Shown: positions 36,217 through 46,076 of the stretch, piece after piece | Layout of the letters: each line of letters opens with the position of its first letter | Numbering within the stretch: position 1 is the first letter of the stretch | Assembly (NCBI GenBank): GCA_023443725.1 | Contig: JAEZTF010000010.1 | Location: forward strand, 29,948-93,947 | Source of the DNA: Candidatus Parcubacteria bacterium | GTDB lineage: Bacteria; Patescibacteriota; Microgenomatia; UBA12405 | DNA length: 64,000 nucleotides | Direction: 5' to 3' | Made by a program: the position numbers and the translations under genes | The notes under the pieces: generated by a model | Told to the model about the DNA's origin: nothing | What the model saw: only the letters and a program-made list of their open reading frames with translations | Database searches by the model: none

Positions 36217-37536
36217 TTATTTATTTAACTGCTTTTCCATCCAACTGTCAATTTTATCGATAGAAACTCTAATTTGTTTCATAGTGTCACGATCACGAAT
36301 TGAAACAGTGTTATCTTCTAATGTTTGATAATCAACTACAGTACACCATGGTGTTCCTATTTCATCTTGACGACGATATTTTTTCCCAATATTACTACTA
36401 TCATCCCAATCAATAGAATATTTTTGACTTAATTGTTTATAGAGCTTTTCGGCTTTGTCAATTAATTCTGGTTTATTGGCAGCTAGAGGGAAAATAGCCA
36501 TCTTATAGGCAGAAACTTTAGGGTTCACTTTTAAAACAGTTCTAACATCTCCTGACTCAGTTTTCTCTTCTTGGTAAGCATCGAGAAGCATAAAAAAGAA
36601 ACTACGATCGACTCCTCCAGAGGTTTCAGTAATCCATGGGATATATCTCTCATGTGTAGTCGGATCGATATAAGATAGGTCTTGTCCACTAAACTTAGAA
36701 TGTTGAGTTAAATCATAATCTGATCGCCAATGTATTCCTTCCATTTCGGCCCATCCCCAGGGAGCATTATATTCAATATCAAAAGCTTTTTTAGCATAGA
36801 AAGCCAATTCATCCTTGCCATGTTCTCTAAATCTTAAATTATCTTGATTGTTAAATAATGATTTATACCAATTGATACGAGTTTCTTTCCAATATTCAAA
36901 CCATTTATCCATTTCATCTGGATGAACAAAATATTGAATATCCCATTGTTCGAATTCTCGAGTACGATAAAGGAAATTTTTAGGAGTAATTTCATTTCTG
37001 AAAGCTTTTCCGATTTGAGCGATACCAAAAGGTACTTTAACTCGAGTAGAGTCGACAATATTTTTAAAATCTAAATAAATAGTTTGGCAAGCTTCTCCTC
37101 GTAAATAGGCATGAAGTTTTTCACCTTCTATAACTCCAATTTCAGTTTCAAATAATATATTGTATTTTCGTCCCTCGGTAAATTGTCCACCACATTCTGG
37201 ACATTTAGACGGATCATCAAGTAAATCAGGTCGAAAACGTTTGTGACATGATTTACATTCAACCATGATATCGGCAAAATTTTTGACATGTCCTGAAGCT
37301 TCCCAGACTCGAGGGTGAGTAATAATTGATCCGTCGATCATAACAACATCTTGTCGAGAGGTAACATTATCGTGAATCCAAAGATCTTTCCAATTTTTTT
37401 TCATGAGAGAACCGATTGGTCCGTAATCATAAAAACCTTGAACACCGCCATAAATTTCAGAATTTTGAAAAATTATTCCTCTGCGTTTACAGAGACTGAC
37501 GATTTTGCTGACAAGATCATTTTGATTGTCTGACAT
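36217..37536 (-). CDS. glyQS: Glycyl-tRNA synthetase, alpha2 (GlyQS) type
   Basis: RRGIIFQNSEIYGGVQGFYDYGPIG, class II motifs and a CxxC...CPECG insertion. The ATG at 37536 with an AGGAG SD is preferred over the track's TTG at 37554. Confidence 0.9.
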   Translation of the reverse strand: MSDNQNDLVSKIVSLCKRRGIIFQNSEIYGGVQGFYDYGPIGSLMKKNWKDLWIHDNVTSRQDVVMIDGSIITHPRVWEASGHVKNFADIMVECKSCHKRFRPDLLDDPSKCPECGGQFTEGRKYNILFETEIGVIEGEKLHAYLRGEACQTIYLDFKNIVDSTRVKVPFGIAQIGKAFRNEITPKNFLYRTREFEQWDIQYFVHPDEMDKWFEYWKETRINWYKSLFNNQDNLRFREHGKDELAFYAKKAFDIEYNAPWGWAEMEGIHWRSDYDLTQHSKFSGQDLSYIDPTTHERYIPWITETSGGVDRSFFFMLLDAYQEEKTESGDVRTVLKVNPKVSAYKMAIFPLAANKPELIDKAEKLYKQLSQKYSIDWDDSSNIGKKYRRQDEIGTPWCTVVDYQTLEDNTVSIRDRDTMKQIRVSIDKIDSWMEKQLNK

Positions 37537-37680
37537 AGTTCTCCTAAAAAACAATTAATATTTTTTAGGGATCCCGATAAATCAGGACGGTTCCACCCTA
37601 TTTGATAAATTATTTTTTCCAGTTAATTTATCCTCTTTTATTTTTCGGCTCGAGATTTGCCAAATCTGTCATTGCCTTGA
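37537..37680 (-). promoter_or_regulatory. T-box riboswitch-like leader (Gly, GGC specifier) with truncated Stem I and an SD-sequestering helix
   Basis: Minus strand: K-turn hairpin GGC-AAU-GA-C-AGAU[UUGGCAA]AUCU-C-GA-GCC (37676..37647); Stem III (37632..37604); AGGG-UGGAACC-GUCCUGA-UUUA-UCGGGAU-CCCU antiterminator-type fold (37599..37567); CCUAAAAAA-N9-UUUUUUAGG hairpin overlapping the SD (37569..37543). Confidence 0.7.
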
Positions 37681-37686
37681 TGTTGA

Positions 37687-37715
37687 AGTTTATCTTGTTT
37701 TAAGAAAACTGTCAA
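37687..37715 (-). promoter_or_regulatory. Putative promoter TTGACA-17 nt-TAAACT for the glyQS leader
   Basis: The consensus -35 overlaps the stop codon of the upstream GT-C gene. Ideal 17-nt spacer. Confidence 0.55.
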
Positions 37716-39136
37716 TTCAGTTTGTTTACCTTATAAACTACCCACTTAGAATTTTCGATCTGCCAATAATTGTCAGGAGAATCTTTTCTAAAATGACTCA
37801 TCTCGTAAGCTGGGTCTTCTCTTATTTTGTCCCATGAGTTGTAACTGATCACATATAATGTTTTTGGATTTTGATAATCGTCAGACGCTAAGGGATATAT
37901 GTTTTGAACTTTCAAAAGATCTCGAAATCGACTACCTTTGGTGTTGCCGTCTGGACTTTGTAAAACTACTAGATTAAAAGTATTACTATTTGATTGAGAC
38001 AAATCATTTTTAATAATATTAGTTATTTTATTTAGAGCCTCTATATTATTAGTTGAATCATTTTGAAAAAGTATTTTTGGTAAAGAAAGCAAACTACTAA
38101 TGATAAGACTGATAATAATTAATCTGGAAATGTTTGATTTTAAATTTTTTGCTAACCATAAAATAAAAAACAAAATAGCTGGAATTAAATAACGATTAGC
38201 AATAGGTGAAGAAATAAAAGACAAACCTAAAAATTGAAATAAAATAGGTATTAAAAATAAGTTTAAGGAGGTTTTTTTTAAACGTATATTTTTAACAAAA
38301 AGTATTGTTGATAGTAATAATATTATCCAGATAAATATTTTGTTTCCATAAGATATGTATTGAATAAATTGTAACGGAGTGTTGATAAATTTAATAAAGA
38401 AATTGATTATACTGAAATGGCTATTGGATGAGATAGGACTAAAATATAACATTCGACTTAAGAATAGTCCTGGTGGATGGGTAATATCGAAAATAATGAA
38501 AGGAACGATAGAAATAAATAATCCAATTAAATACAAAATAATATCTTTTATCTTTTTATTTTTTTTATAAACAAGAAAAACTAATCCTAAACAAAAAAAT
38601 ATTGAATACCAATGTTGGTGAACTGTTAAACCAAATATTATGCCACTAATTAATATATTTAGAGGAAAATTTGAATTGAGAATTAATATTCCTAGAATTT
38701 GCCAGAATGGAATAAAATGTGGATTCCATGCCCATCTAGAAGTTTCTACATAAGGAGAAAGTATAACTGGTAATAAAAAAATAGGTAACCATTTTATTTT
38801 TTCTTTTTTTAAAAATAACCAAATTAATAAAACAGTCAATGAACCGTAAAAAGCAGTAGCCAAAGCTGGTCCAAGAGGATTGTTTTTTGAAAAAAATACA
38901 AATGGTAGAGAAATATAATATGTTAACGAACTAAAAATACCAGTGTTGCCTTCAGCAATTGGCCCAATAAGGGTGATATCTTTTTGATCAATAATTCTTT
39001 TTATGCTTACTAAATCACTTGATTCATCACGAGTAAATCTGGCCGTGATTTTAAGATTATAAAATCGAACAAAAATAGTGAATATAAATATCAAAAATAA
39101 TAGAAGTATTTTTTTATTTAATTTTATTTTTTTCAT
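37712..39136 (-). CDS. GT-C fold glycosyltransferase (ArnT/PMT_2-like)
   Basis: Polytopic. The first loop, RFYNLKITARFTRDESSD, is an acidic DE-type motif. C-terminal soluble domain. Confidence 0.55.
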   Translation of the reverse strand: MKKIKLNKKILLLFLIFIFTIFVRFYNLKITARFTRDESSDLVSIKRIIDQKDITLIGPIAEGNTGIFSSLTYYISLPFVFFSKNNPLGPALATAFYGSLTVLLIWLFLKKEKIKWLPIFLLPVILSPYVETSRWAWNPHFIPFWQILGILILNSNFPLNILISGIIFGLTVHQHWYSIFFCLGLVFLVYKKNKKIKDIILYLIGLFISIVPFIIFDITHPPGLFLSRMLYFSPISSNSHFSIINFFIKFINTPLQFIQYISYGNKIFIWIILLLSTILFVKNIRLKKTSLNLFLIPILFQFLGLSFISSPIANRYLIPAILFFILWLAKNLKSNISRLIIISLIISSLLSLPKILFQNDSTNNIEALNKITNIIKNDLSQSNSNTFNLVVLQSPDGNTKGSRFRDLLKVQNIYPLASDDYQNPKTLYVISYNSWDKIREDPAYEMSHFRKDSPDNYWQIENSKWVVYKVNKLN

Positions 39137-40722
39137 TTTAATAATGAATCTTTGATTGGTTTTGTATTATGACAATTGTTATCTTTTGCTTGTCTAGTTT
39201 CTAGTAAAAAATCACCAAATTTAACTTGGTTTTTATAATCAGAAAAATATTCTTCAATTTTTAAATCTTCATTAATAATTTTTTCAGATAAACCATTAGC
39301 TGGTTCAACTACTCTAAATCTGATACATGTAGTGCCATTTGTTGGCGATGGTAAATTTCCTGGAAAGCCAAAGGTATTTCCTGTTTCCCAGAAAGGAAGA
39401 TAGCCATATTTTTTTTCTCCATAAAAATGGAATAAATATGCCCAAACTGTTTGGACTTTATAAGGTATTCCACTTAATCTGACGGTAAATCCATTGCCAT
39501 TGGCTTGTTGATATATATCATCGATTATTTTATATTCATCTGACAACTTCATATTTACTTGTGGTGCAAACTGAACAAGTAGACTTTTTGGTGATTGATA
39601 CTTAATTTGTTTTAAATTCCCCAATATTATTAATGCAACTAAAATGATTGCCAAGGGTTTATTAAATTTAAATAATTTTTCTAAAATGACGCTAACTAAA
39701 ATTAAAATTCCAACACTTAACCCAGCATTAGTGTAATAAGCTAAGTGACCTCCAATAAACATTAATATTACCCATCCAAGAATCCAAACTAAAAGTAAAA
39801 TATATTTTATATTTTTTCTAGCTTTGACAAAAAGCCACAAAGTAACAATAGAAATAATTATGTAGATAATTATTTTATTATCAATTAAGCCTAAAATATT
39901 ATCTTTAAACATTAATAAATATTTTTGTAAATATAAGGAATATTTTGATTCATTTGGATTTAAAATCCCGAAACCTTGTTGAAATAATGAAATTGCTAAT
40001 TTTATACTTCTAAACTTGTATTTCAGTTCTATTAATATATAAGTTGAGAGTATAAAAATGGTGGTAAAAAAGGAATATAAATAATATCTTATTTTTATTT
40101 TTTGTGCTTCTTTTTTGAATATTATTAAAATAATAAAAACTAATATAAAAGAGTAAACATACATTAAGTTGAATTGAGTGGCAATGGCTGCTCCGGTAAA
40201 CATTAGTAAAGGACTCCACTTTTCTTGTTTATCTTTGTTTAACAACCAACTAGCGCCATAAAAAATTAGAAGAATTGCTAAGACTGCCAGACTAGGGTTT
40301 CCAACATATATTGAATATTGAGTCTCTTCAAACGAAATAGCATAAAACAATGCTGATAATAAACCAACTTTTGAGTTAAAAATATTTTTGGCGATTATAA
40401 ATACTAGAAATACACCTAGAGCATTTATCAATCTAAATATGGCTGATATTAATAATGGGTTGCCATTTAACAAAAGATTTAATGGACCTATTAGATACCA
40501 AAAGAGAACTCCATGAAATAAACCTATATTACCTGATACTGGAGGCCCCATAAATTTTAAATCCCCTTTTAGATAAATGTCTTGGGAAATATAAATATCG
40601 CGAGCCTGATCGAAAGAAAAATAAATACTTTCTTTGAAAGAGTAAAATCTGACGATTATAGCAAAAATAAAAATAATGATTAAAAATAACCATTCATATC
40701 GTCTCATGGTTGATATTAGCAT
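39133..40722 (-). CDS. GT-C fold glycosyltransferase (ArnT/PMT_2-like), paralog of the previous gene
   Basis: Polytopic. First loop RFYSFKESIYFSFDQARD. C-terminal soluble domain. Confidence 0.55.
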   Translation of the reverse strand: MLISTMRRYEWLFLIIIFIFAIIVRFYSFKESIYFSFDQARDIYISQDIYLKGDLKFMGPPVSGNIGLFHGVLFWYLIGPLNLLLNGNPLLISAIFRLINALGVFLVFIIAKNIFNSKVGLLSALFYAISFEETQYSIYVGNPSLAVLAILLIFYGASWLLNKDKQEKWSPLLMFTGAAIATQFNLMYVYSFILVFIILIIFKKEAQKIKIRYYLYSFFTTIFILSTYILIELKYKFRSIKLAISLFQQGFGILNPNESKYSLYLQKYLLMFKDNILGLIDNKIIIYIIISIVTLWLFVKARKNIKYILLLVWILGWVILMFIGGHLAYYTNAGLSVGILILVSVILEKLFKFNKPLAIILVALIILGNLKQIKYQSPKSLLVQFAPQVNMKLSDEYKIIDDIYQQANGNGFTVRLSGIPYKVQTVWAYLFHFYGEKKYGYLPFWETGNTFGFPGNLPSPTNGTTCIRFRVVEPANGLSEKIINEDLKIEEYFSDYKNQVKFGDFLLETRQAKDNNCHNTKPIKDSLLK

Positions 40723-41282
40723 TATTTAAATAATTTATTGCTTTCTAATGGTTTCTCGATGATACTTTCAAAAAAATTTTTGATTAATTTTTGGGTGACA
40801 GGATAATCTTTTTTTTGAAAAGAAGTAATTATTTCTGGTGGTATTCCAAATCCTAAATTGTCTAAGAGTTTTATTTCATTGTCTATATATCGGTTGACTT
40901 GGTTTTTGTTGATAGATTCAATAATGTTTTTGGAAATAGAGTATATATTTTCGATTTGTTGATTTTCAGCAATAAATCGATTGATTAGTTCTAAAAAATA
41001 AAACAGTAAATTTAATTGAGTTAAACTTTTATCTGTTTGAAGAAATTGACTAATAGTTTGAGCTTCAGATATCCAAAGAAAATCATTTTTTTGATAGAGG
41101 TGAACCTTGATAATATTACCTAATTGAAGACTACCAAGACGACTACTTCTAATGTTTTTAGCACCTTTAGCTAAAGCAACAATCTTTCCATCTCTTGGGG
41201 TTAATAAAGTAATTAAACTATCAACCTCTTTTGAATTACGATGATTAATAACAATCGCTTCTGTTGTTTTATATTTATCCAT
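40722..41282 (-). CDS. recO: DNA repair protein RecO
   Basis: N-terminal OB-fold pattern EAIVINHRNSKEVDSLITLLTPRDGKIVALAKGAKNIRSSRLG. Start at the ATG in a TAATG overlap with the upstream stop. Confidence 0.7.
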   Translation of the reverse strand: MDKYKTTEAIVINHRNSKEVDSLITLLTPRDGKIVALAKGAKNIRSSRLGSLQLGNIIKVHLYQKNDFLWISEAQTISQFLQTDKSLTQLNLLFYFLELINRFIAENQQIENIYSISKNIIESINKNQVNRYIDNEIKLLDNLGFGIPPEIITSFQKKDYPVTQKLIKNFFESIIEKPLESNKLFK

Positions 41283-43240
41283 TAGAGAGATACTTTTATA
41301 GTTTTGTCGGCTGCCCAACTAAAAGTATCCATTTTTTTACCATTGATAGTTAAATTATATTCAACGGCTTTAGTACCTGGTTGTTTTTGAAGTAACAAAG
41401 AATAAGTTGATCCAACTTTAACCCCAGATTTATATTGAACAGAAACTTTACTGCTGGATTTTGGATACAAAGGATATTTATCTCCATAAAAACCTTCAAA
41501 AACTTGTTTATCTAACTCTTCATATTGAACAGTTTCAACTTCTGATCCGGTCATTTTGATAAGAGTTGAACCTTTTGGTACATAAAATCTAAATAGATCT
41601 CTATACTTAGAAGCATTTAGACAAAGATCACCTTTTTCAAGATTACAATTGGAAGCAGCATATGGATTGGTATAAGTAACAGAAACTTTGTGTTCCGCAA
41701 CTCCATTTTTGATAGTAATATCATGATCAATTTTTTGAGTAATAAACATGTTACTTTTGGCGCTAGCAAAATTAGCATCATTAAGATGAAGGTAATCGAT
41801 GGTTTCTGGTGTTTGAGTAATTTGGCCACTAATATTAGCTGAATTTCCTACTTCAGCCATATTTTTATCAGTAAAATAAACTAAAATATGTTTTTCATTA
41901 ATATTTTTAAAGAAAGCTTCGATTAGGCTGGTCATTTTTGACTTTTCAGATCCCATAACATTGGCTAATAAAGCAGACATAAGAGGATTTAAGAAATCTT
42001 TTCGATTTGGTTCAATGTAGTTTCTAGGTCGACCAGCCATCCATTCAATTTCGTAAATAACAGAAGGACAACCATTACATCTATTGTCAGGTTCGGCAGT
42101 AAATGTACCAACTCTAGTATCTAATTTACCTAAAACTTTAATCATATCGGCTAAAAGTTGAGTATCAATAGCAATAACAGCATCAAATGATTCCTTTGAT
42201 TTACTAGCTTTTTGATAATTTTCTAAGAAAAGTTGAGCATCAGTTGGAAAGTCAGGAGATAGATTACTATCTCGAAGATAAAGACTAGGGACATTTATAT
42301 GATAAGAAGAAATTAAACGTGGAGCTTTACCGAGAGTGCCTAAACGATCATCTAAATCATAAATATTACTAGCGGTTCCTGGAGTTACTTTGCCGTTAGA
42401 AACTGTCATAGTACTATAAGCAGTCCAAAAACCACCACTTGGTCGAAGTTCACCATCGTTTTGGAAAACCATCAAATAATGTCGAGGATCATCTTTTCCT
42501 AACAACCAAGAAATTTTTGATAATAAAGGTTTACCATTTTTAACTAATTGACCAACTTGAGTGACACTTTCTTGGGCTTGAGATATTTTTGATCTAATTT
42601 CGATATTCTTAAATTTTTCAGGATAACGATTTGGATTAATTTGATTAAGCTCAGTTTCAATATTGGTAATTTTTGTGTCTAATTCGTCTAAATATGGAAT
42701 TAAACCTTCGGCAGATTCGGTCAAGAAAGTAATTCTATCAGCAGTAGTTTTTTCACTACTATCAGATCCACCTTTGATGCCAAGAAAATCTTGATACGGT
42801 TCAATGGCTTGAATAACTATTTGACCAGCATCTATACCTTGAAATGCAATATTAATAACTTTTTGACCATCTTGATAATATTTGTTTAATCCAGGAATTA
42901 TTTTTAATAATCCCATTTTTTTATAAGTTGATTCAATTGTTTTAGTGTCAGTTTCAATATTGACTAAACTTTGATTGACTTTGGCTAAATCTTTATCACT
43001 AATAGCTTGCTGAATTATTTGATATTCACTTTTTATAGAATTGACTTTGTTTAATATTTTCTTACCTGGAACGAGAACAGTGAAAAACAAAAGAGAAAGT
43101 ACTAAAGTTATGACAATCAAGAATATCGATAAGATAGTAATGATTTTTTTACCTTTGTTTTTTTTCATAGGTTTTATCAATGATGTGTTTACTACATCTG
43201 ATATTGGTTCAGTTTGAATTGGTTTAATAAAATTATCCAT
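41282..43240 (-). CDS. DUF4012-like large extracytoplasmic protein, membrane anchored
   Basis: N-terminal TM helix. RHYLMVFQNDGELRPSGGFWTAY resembles the DUF4012 core motif as I recall it. Confidence 0.55.
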   Translation of the reverse strand: MDNFIKPIQTEPISDVVNTSLIKPMKKNKGKKIITILSIFLIVITLVLSLLFFTVLVPGKKILNKVNSIKSEYQIIQQAISDKDLAKVNQSLVNIETDTKTIESTYKKMGLLKIIPGLNKYYQDGQKVINIAFQGIDAGQIVIQAIEPYQDFLGIKGGSDSSEKTTADRITFLTESAEGLIPYLDELDTKITNIETELNQINPNRYPEKFKNIEIRSKISQAQESVTQVGQLVKNGKPLLSKISWLLGKDDPRHYLMVFQNDGELRPSGGFWTAYSTMTVSNGKVTPGTASNIYDLDDRLGTLGKAPRLISSYHINVPSLYLRDSNLSPDFPTDAQLFLENYQKASKSKESFDAVIAIDTQLLADMIKVLGKLDTRVGTFTAEPDNRCNGCPSVIYEIEWMAGRPRNYIEPNRKDFLNPLMSALLANVMGSEKSKMTSLIEAFFKNINEKHILVYFTDKNMAEVGNSANISGQITQTPETIDYLHLNDANFASAKSNMFITQKIDHDITIKNGVAEHKVSVTYTNPYAASNCNLEKGDLCLNASKYRDLFRFYVPKGSTLIKMTGSEVETVQYEELDKQVFEGFYGDKYPLYPKSSSKVSVQYKSGVKVGSTYSLLLQKQPGTKAVEYNLTINGKKMDTFSWAADKTIKVSL

Positions 43241-43268
43241 AGATAAGTTTAAACAAAATTATTACAAA

Positions 43269-43907
43269 TTACCATCTAGAAAGCATTGACAACGGTGTTT
43301 TGATGATAATAGTTATTTCTTCTATAAAAGATTGTTTTTTAATATAATCAGCATCCATTTTGGCTCTTTGTCTAAAAGATATATCATTTCTTCCGGATGT
43401 TTGCCAAACACCAGTGATACCCGGTTTAGCAGAACGAATAATTTTTATATATTTTTTGGTATCTGGATACTTTTTTTCTTGTTCTTGAAGTTCTTCTTCA
43501 CGATAGGCACGTGGTCCAATTAAACTCATATCCCCTTTTAAGACATTAATTAATTGAGGAAATTCATCGATAGTTAAAGATCGAATCTTTTTACCTATTG
43601 GAGTAATTCTAGGATCTTCTGACATTTCCAACTTCCAACCATTTTCTTTATATTTTTTCCAAAGTTCAGGATAATTTTCTCTTAATCTTTTATCATTATC
43701 TCCAGTGTACATAGATCTAAATTTGTACATCCAAAATTGTTGACTGTCTTTGCCAACTCTTTTTTGTTTAAAGAAGATTGGTCCTGGTGAACTTAATTTA
43801 ACTAAAATCATGGTAACTATCATGATTGGAGAAAATATTATCAATAAAACTAATGAACCAGTAATATCGACAGTTCTTTTGAAAATTTGGAAAATTTGTT
43901 TTTTCAT
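43269..43907 (-). CDS. Small monotopic phosphoglycosyl transferase (bacterial sugar transferase family, initiating enzyme)
   Basis: KRTVDITGSLVLL...PIFFKQKRVGK...YKFRSM...DEFPQLINVLKGDMSLIGPR. Confidence 0.9.
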   Translation of the reverse strand: MKKQIFQIFKRTVDITGSLVLLIIFSPIMIVTMILVKLSSPGPIFFKQKRVGKDSQQFWMYKFRSMYTGDNDKRLRENYPELWKKYKENGWKLEMSEDPRITPIGKKIRSLTIDEFPQLINVLKGDMSLIGPRAYREEELQEQEKKYPDTKKYIKIIRSAKPGITGVWQTSGRNDISFRQRAKMDADYIKKQSFIEEITIIIKTPLSMLSRW

Positions 43908-43908
43908 T

Positions 43909-44997
43909 TTAATTTAAAAAATATTTTTTTAATTTTTTCTTTTTGACTATTTGTCCAACAATATCTCTAACTTTAGCACTACCATTTTTAGAAATATTAC
44001 AGATTAATAAACCATCTGGAGTATCTATAACAGCTAAATTATTAACATCGATTAGACTAACTAACTTGTTTCCTGAAGTTGAAATAAGGCAATTTTTGGA
44101 ACCAATTTCTAAATGATCAATATTTTTATTTAAAACAGCGATGCCATTTTGATCTTTGTCTAATTGATTATAAATAGATTTCCACTCACCTACATCACTC
44201 CAATCAAATTCAGCTGGAATAACAAGCATATTTTTTGATTTTTCGGAGATAGCCTGATTAATATTAAGGTTTTCTGATTTGTTGTAAATTGATTCAACTT
44301 GTTTGGAATTAGGATTCTTTACAAGTTCTTCGAAAAATTCATAATATTCAGGATGAATTTTTTGAAATTCTTCTAACATAACATTTATTTTGAAAGTATG
44401 AATGTCTGAATTCCAAAAACTGTTTTTTTTAATTAATTTTTCGGCAGTATCTGAATCTGGTTTTTCAATGAAAAAACTAATATTGGCATAATGATCACTT
44501 TTCTGTTGAGGCACAATATATCCAAAAGATGGATTTGGCCAAGTTGGTCTAATACCGATAGTAATTATTTTTTCCATTTTTGCAGCTAAATTAAAAGCGT
44601 AGTTGATAGATTTTTTGAACTTAAGAGATTTTGTGATGTATTGATCTGAAGCACTAGTAGTAATAATAGCTGTTGGATCAAGTTGATAAATTTTGCTCAT
44701 AGCAAAAATATAAGCCATGGCAGTATTTTTTTTGGCAGGTTCGTATAGAAAATTTTCTAACGGTATTTTTTTACCAATTAATTTTTCCAATTTTTCTTGA
44801 TATTTCTGATTGGAAACAATAAAAATATTTTTTGAAGGACAAACTTTTTTAGCTCGATTAAGTGTTTGTTCAATAAGGCTTTTTTTGCCAATTAAAGTTA
44901 AAAATTGTTTTGGATGATTAGCTCTAGATTGAGGCCAAAGACGAGGACCAGTACCTCCACAAAAAATTACAAAATAGTGATTTGGTGTTGTTGCCAT
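43909..44997 (-). CDS. manC: Mannose-1-phosphate guanylyltransferase-like nucleotidyltransferase
   Basis: VIFCGGTGPRLWPQSR...PKQFL N-terminal NTP-transferase motif and ~360-aa size. Confidence 0.75.
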   Translation of the reverse strand: MATTPNHYFVIFCGGTGPRLWPQSRANHPKQFLTLIGKKSLIEQTLNRAKKVCPSKNIFIVSNQKYQEKLEKLIGKKIPLENFLYEPAKKNTAMAYIFAMSKIYQLDPTAIITTSASDQYITKSLKFKKSINYAFNLAAKMEKIITIGIRPTWPNPSFGYIVPQQKSDHYANISFFIEKPDSDTAEKLIKKNSFWNSDIHTFKINVMLEEFQKIHPEYYEFFEELVKNPNSKQVESIYNKSENLNINQAISEKSKNMLVIPAEFDWSDVGEWKSIYNQLDKDQNGIAVLNKNIDHLEIGSKNCLISTSGNKLVSLIDVNNLAVIDTPDGLLICNISKNGSAKVRDIVGQIVKKKKLKKYFLN

Positions 44998-46073
44998 AGT
45001 TGATCAATTTCTTGTTTAAAGTTTAACATAAAATTTTGAGTAGAAAATTGTTGAGCTTGTTTAATGCAATCGCTTTTTTTAAATTCTTTTGGATTGAATT
45101 TTTCTAAAACATGCGTAAGTGACTTAGTAGTTTGTTTTTCAAAAAACAAACCTGTTTTTTTATCAATTACAGTTTCGGTAATACCACCTTTTCTTAGGGC
45201 AATTACTGGTTTTCCACAAGCCTGAGCTTCAAGTGGAGTTAGACCAAAATCCTCTATTTGTGGGCAAATTAAAGCTTGACAGTTTTGATAAAGATCTAGT
45301 AATTTTTGAGCTGATACTTTACCAGTAAAAATAATATTTTTGTCTTTTAATTTATTTTTTAGATCAATTAAATCCTTTTTATCACGACCTTGACCTACAA
45401 TTATTAATTTTTGATTAAGTTTATGGCAAGCACGGATAGCTAAATCTATTTTTTTGTGACGAACTAATCGTGAAACAACTAAAAAATATTTTTCGATTGG
45501 CTTTTGAGTTGATGGCTTAAAAAAATTTATATTTACACCAGGGTAAATAATTTTGCTGAATCGATGATAATGTTCCAAAATTCGTTGTTGAACAGTTTTG
45601 GAGTTACAAAGCAAATAATCTGGCCTTTGGCCATAAATAAAATCGGTTTTTTGATATTTATTGAGCAATGGTTTTAAAAATTTAAATTGAAGTGGTGTTT
45701 GATAGGTGTAACGGTTGGTGTTGTGAAGATAACAAACAAAAAGAGTTTTTGGTGAAGTAATCAAACAATGACCGCAAACTTGAGTAGTAGAAATGACTAT
45801 ATCAAATTCAGAGAAATCAAATTGCTCTAGGGCTATGCCATAGAAAGGAGTGTGAAATAAACTGTTTTTTTTAGTTAAAGAAAATTTATCAATGACTGAT
45901 GGAATAATTTTGATTTTCTTGGGAAGCCATTTAGTTTTTTTGGAATTATAAATGGTAGTGAATAAAGTAGCTGAGGGATAAATTTTTAAAATATTAAGAA
46001 GAACTCTTTCGGCTCCACCCCATTGATTGAGCCAGTCATAAAAAATAGCAATCTTCAAGTTCTTATAATCCAA
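44967..46073 (-). CDS. Glycosyltransferase family 4
   Basis: GT-B fold. N-terminal WGGAERV. C-terminal EDFGLTPLEAQACGKPVI (E-x7-E region). Confidence 0.8.
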   Translation of the reverse strand: MDYKNLKIAIFYDWLNQWGGAERVLLNILKIYPSATLFTTIYNSKKTKWLPKKIKIIPSVIDKFSLTKKNSLFHTPFYGIALEQFDFSEFDIVISTTQVCGHCLITSPKTLFVCYLHNTNRYTYQTPLQFKFLKPLLNKYQKTDFIYGQRPDYLLCNSKTVQQRILEHYHRFSKIIYPGVNINFFKPSTQKPIEKYFLVVSRLVRHKKIDLAIRACHKLNQKLIIVGQGRDKKDLIDLKNKLKDKNIIFTGKVSAQKLLDLYQNCQALICPQIEDFGLTPLEAQACGKPVIALRKGGITETVIDKKTGLFFEKQTTKSLTHVLEKFNPKEFKKSDCIKQAQQFSTQNFMLNFKQEIDQLWQQHQITIL

Positions 46074-46076
46074 TTT

